64,000 nucleotides of DNA from Pelomyxa schiedti (taxonomy: Eukaryota; Protista; Evosea): contig JAHLWZ010000825.1 in assembly GCA_020536535.1 (NCBI GenBank), positions 37,461 through 101,460 on the forward strand. Reading direction: 5' to 3'. The notes beneath the pieces are model-generated. The model was not told where the DNA came from. It was given only the letters and a program-made list of their open reading frames with translations, and made no database searches. Of the stretch, positions 61,082 to 64,000 are shown piece by piece; position 1 is the stretch's first letter, and each line of letters begins with the position of its first letter. A program made the translations under genes and the position numbers.

Positions 61082-63538
61082 TTACAGGAAAAACAGAGGA
61101 CCAGCATTCATATCTACAAAAGAGGGCCTTTCATCTGTGAAATGGAAGACCGGTTGGGTGTGTGGGTCGGTGGTTGTGTGGCTGGGCAGTGCGTGGAGTG
61201 GAATGAGGTCTCTCCATCTGTACAAGTCAACATTATGTGTCAGCCCGGAAAGGCTGGAGAGTTCTCTGGCCATGAGGAGGGTTGCATTCCGGCTCAGCCC
61301 AAGCTCGGTGCAGTCACCAGATGAATAAAGAATCCGCAGAATCCGGGAAAAGTTGTGCAGAGCGAACCTGTTTTGTGTGTTCAAGCAAATGCACTCCATG
61401 TATTTTTCGGCTGCTTGCAGCAATAGGTCAAAGCGCTTTTTACCTTTGAGCAGTTTATCTGCAGCAAGTTTGTAGTTGGCTGCCTGTTGGAATGAAAGAA
61501 GGAACAGCTGTTGCACTCTTGGGCATAATTCAATAGAGTCCCAGTTGGGTGGGTTTCCAGGGTGCACTTCACCGCAAAAAGCCAGACATAGTGCGGGAGA
61601 ATCTTTAGGTTGTATTGGCTTTGTATTTAGTAAGAACAGTGCACGTCTCATTGAGGGAGCTGCAATGTGTTCTCTAGAGGATGATAAGACATCGAAAAAT
61701 GATTCCGGCCCTGAAGGCAATACTGAGGAGGCCGTTGATGACACCACAGGCATCATAAAAATCGATTTTACTTTGGAAAAAATGGTGGCCCACACTCCCT
61801 CAGTTCCAGACAAAAGCCCCTCCATTGTAGATGTAACAGCATCTTTGGGGTTCTCCCCTAAGTGAATAGAGGCATAAATGCACTTTCGCAATGCTCTGTG
61901 GTTTATTTAAAATAAAAAAGATAAACGTAGTCTGACCTGGCAACAATTTCAGTTAGCAAAAGGTTTCTCAACTGGCTATTGTGCGACAAGTCCCAAATCA
62001 GAGGGAGGAAGTGTAAGTTTACACCAAAACTATGTACGAAAAAAATGAGGAATGGAGCAGGAATATCGGGCTGCTCATTCCAAAGTTGGTCAAGATTGTT
62101 TGTTAACTATAACGGTACATGTTAGTGAAGAAGGTTGGTCGCCAATGCTGATATTGACCATAGGAATGCGACTGTTTAGAAGACACTCACGAGCAGCTTT
62201 TGTTTCCATTTCACATTCCAGTTTCTCACTTGGTGGCAACTGCGTTTAATATCAATACTTTTCTGCTTCATCGTTGTTGACTTATTAGCAATGCAAGAAA
62301 GTACCAAACCATTGATGAAAGTATCACAGCACAAAGGAACTCTATATGCTTTAAGAAATTCAAATCGAAATAAGTGTGTCAATGGATTGGATTTATCTTC
62401 AGGTTGTAGTCAGAGGTTATTGTAATTCATTTAATGCTTGCCATATGGTGGTGCCAGCCGAGCAAAGTCCACACAGTAAATTTCAGAGCCTTTTTGGTGT
62501 GCCTCAAAGTCAAAGGGTGTGTATAATTTGGTCTGTGATAATAAGCATACTTATGGGGCATGGTGTATTCACTCACTTGGGTTTTCCCATTCGTTATGGT
62601 ATGTCTTTTAAGATAAAGCCACTTTCCAATAAGTTCCACTGCCAGCTGTGTCTTCCCACTTGAATTGTGTGACAAAACAATTTCCACAAAATGGCACAAA
62701 CCCAATGCACAAGTTCGTGTGTCCTCCATCAGAACTTCCTACGACCAAGGTGTCATGCCCAATCGGAAGAATGGTCGAAGCCACCACCCTGTGCCCCAAG
62801 TAGTCCACAATAATCATTAAAGGCCACCCAAGTATAGGAAACAGTCCCGTTGCCAAGGCAGCATTGGCAAGAGCTTGTAATCCCTTACCTTCATGCCCTG
62901 CAACTTTGTTGGGGGCTGCCGTTGGATCATAATCACTGGGGAGGGTATTGCTAGCGGAATTTGGTGTGGATTGCACAGTTGTAGGAGGTGGCTGTGCTTC
63001 AGGGGTTGATGTTGATGCAGGTGTGTTTCTACGGTAAATTCCACATGTGTCTACTGCAAATTTGAAGAAAATACCTCCGACTATGTACTTGTCACCACCA
63101 GCAACGCCCCCAACTGAAACGCGACGAATAGTACGCAAGTTCTCAGGTAGGAACCTGTCACCATATGCTCAGTGAGTGGGGGGAAAGCGAAATAGAAGCA
63201 AGCTTACTGTTGTTCAACCAACAGCACCGCGGTTTCTAATGCCCGGGCCACGAACCTTTCTTCCAGGGCAATGAGCTCGTTGCTCTGCCGCTCTTTCGCC
63301 TCCGGTGATGTACTCCTGTCATCCAAATGACGCCTCCGTATACCGGTATACTCTGTGTTCCAGTCGTATTGATCTCCAAGCAAATCCTATCACCAAATTG
63401 TGGGTATGGCACAACAAGTGTCATTTAATTAACCGACGTTACCGTTGAATTATGGGCACCCGTAGTCGTGGACGTGCCACCGTAGTGATCGTCATAACCG
63501 TACCCGCACGTCTGCTCTTCCTCCTCTCGTTTCGCCAT
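61082..63538 (-). CDS. Clu (clustered mitochondria / CLU-central) domain protein
   Basis: ATG at 63538 (MAKREEEE). DWNTEY...LEERFVARA, GGVAGGDKYIVGGIFFKFAVD, NKVAGHEGKGL, PLMIIVDYLGHRVVASTILPI...TLVVGSSDGG, LFRFEFLK. Confidence 0.8.
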
Positions 63539-64000
63539 GACGTTTACAAGAAAGTTATGGAAGATAACTCCCAGTTAAAGAAGATTTTTATTAAAATCAC
63601 AGCTTTGTGCCCTGTTACAAAAGGAACTTCACCAGGGATGCGATGGCCTTGAGGTTAGCAGGATACTTATTGCCTGTACCTGCTGAGAGAACCCCACTGC
63701 AGTCTCCCATTTTCCTTCATGGGTATGAGAAGAGCTTTTGAAGTTACCAGTTTTTACTTCAACTTAGTTTCTGTGGCCTTCAATTGGGGCTTAGACATCT
63801 AGCTGAAAGAGAGTGGAGCTTGGGTGGTGGTGGGCCTGAAGTGTGGTGGCTTTCCGTTTGTAGCTGCAACGGAACATGGGGGCATATCTGGATCAATGGG
63901 CGGTGATTTTTTTTCCCGATCAAGTTCCTGTAAACGGCTCTGCCCCGTTTTTTTGGGCGGTGATCCAGTCAAAAAGCTGTGAAAAATCACTGCCCGGGGC

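Noticed and set aside
63540-64000. Short ORFs at the right edge
   Set aside because: No recognisable motif; may be promoter or UTR sequence, or part of a gene outside the window.

Overview
Gene-dense eukaryotic (protist) genomic DNA with many short (~35-75 nt) spliceosomal introns and very short intergenic gaps. The style and gene content (Clu-domain protein, prokaryote-like flavodoxin, expansin) resemble an amoebozoan, possibly an archamoeba such as Pelomyxa; this is inference. I can support about 20 protein-coding genes, with exons joined by hand: flavodoxin-like, Nup98-like FG nucleoporin, zf-MYND protein, TPR protein, divergent actin, SAM methyltransferase, Rap/Ras GTPase, Cys-rich membrane protein, a large transmembrane RasGAP, tRNA isopentenyltransferase, sacsin-like protein, expansin-like protein, GH27 alpha-galactosidase, HUWE1/Tom1, REV1, aminopeptidase O-like, a poly-SIM protein, a Clu-domain protein and several unknowns. 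The main finding is an ~8.1 kb minus-strand gene (13843-21974) that the ORF track splits into many pieces. It appears to encode a single-pass receptor: signal peptide, two lectin-like domains, FN3-like repeats, a stretch with ~35 N-glycosylation sequons, an EGF domain, a TM helix and an intact cytoplasmic RasGAP domain. This is plexin-like logic with an unrelated ectodomain, and the gene lies ~1.2 kb from a Rap-like GTPase with a natural G12C-equivalent residue. No tRNA/rRNA genes, CRISPR arrays or transposases were recognised.
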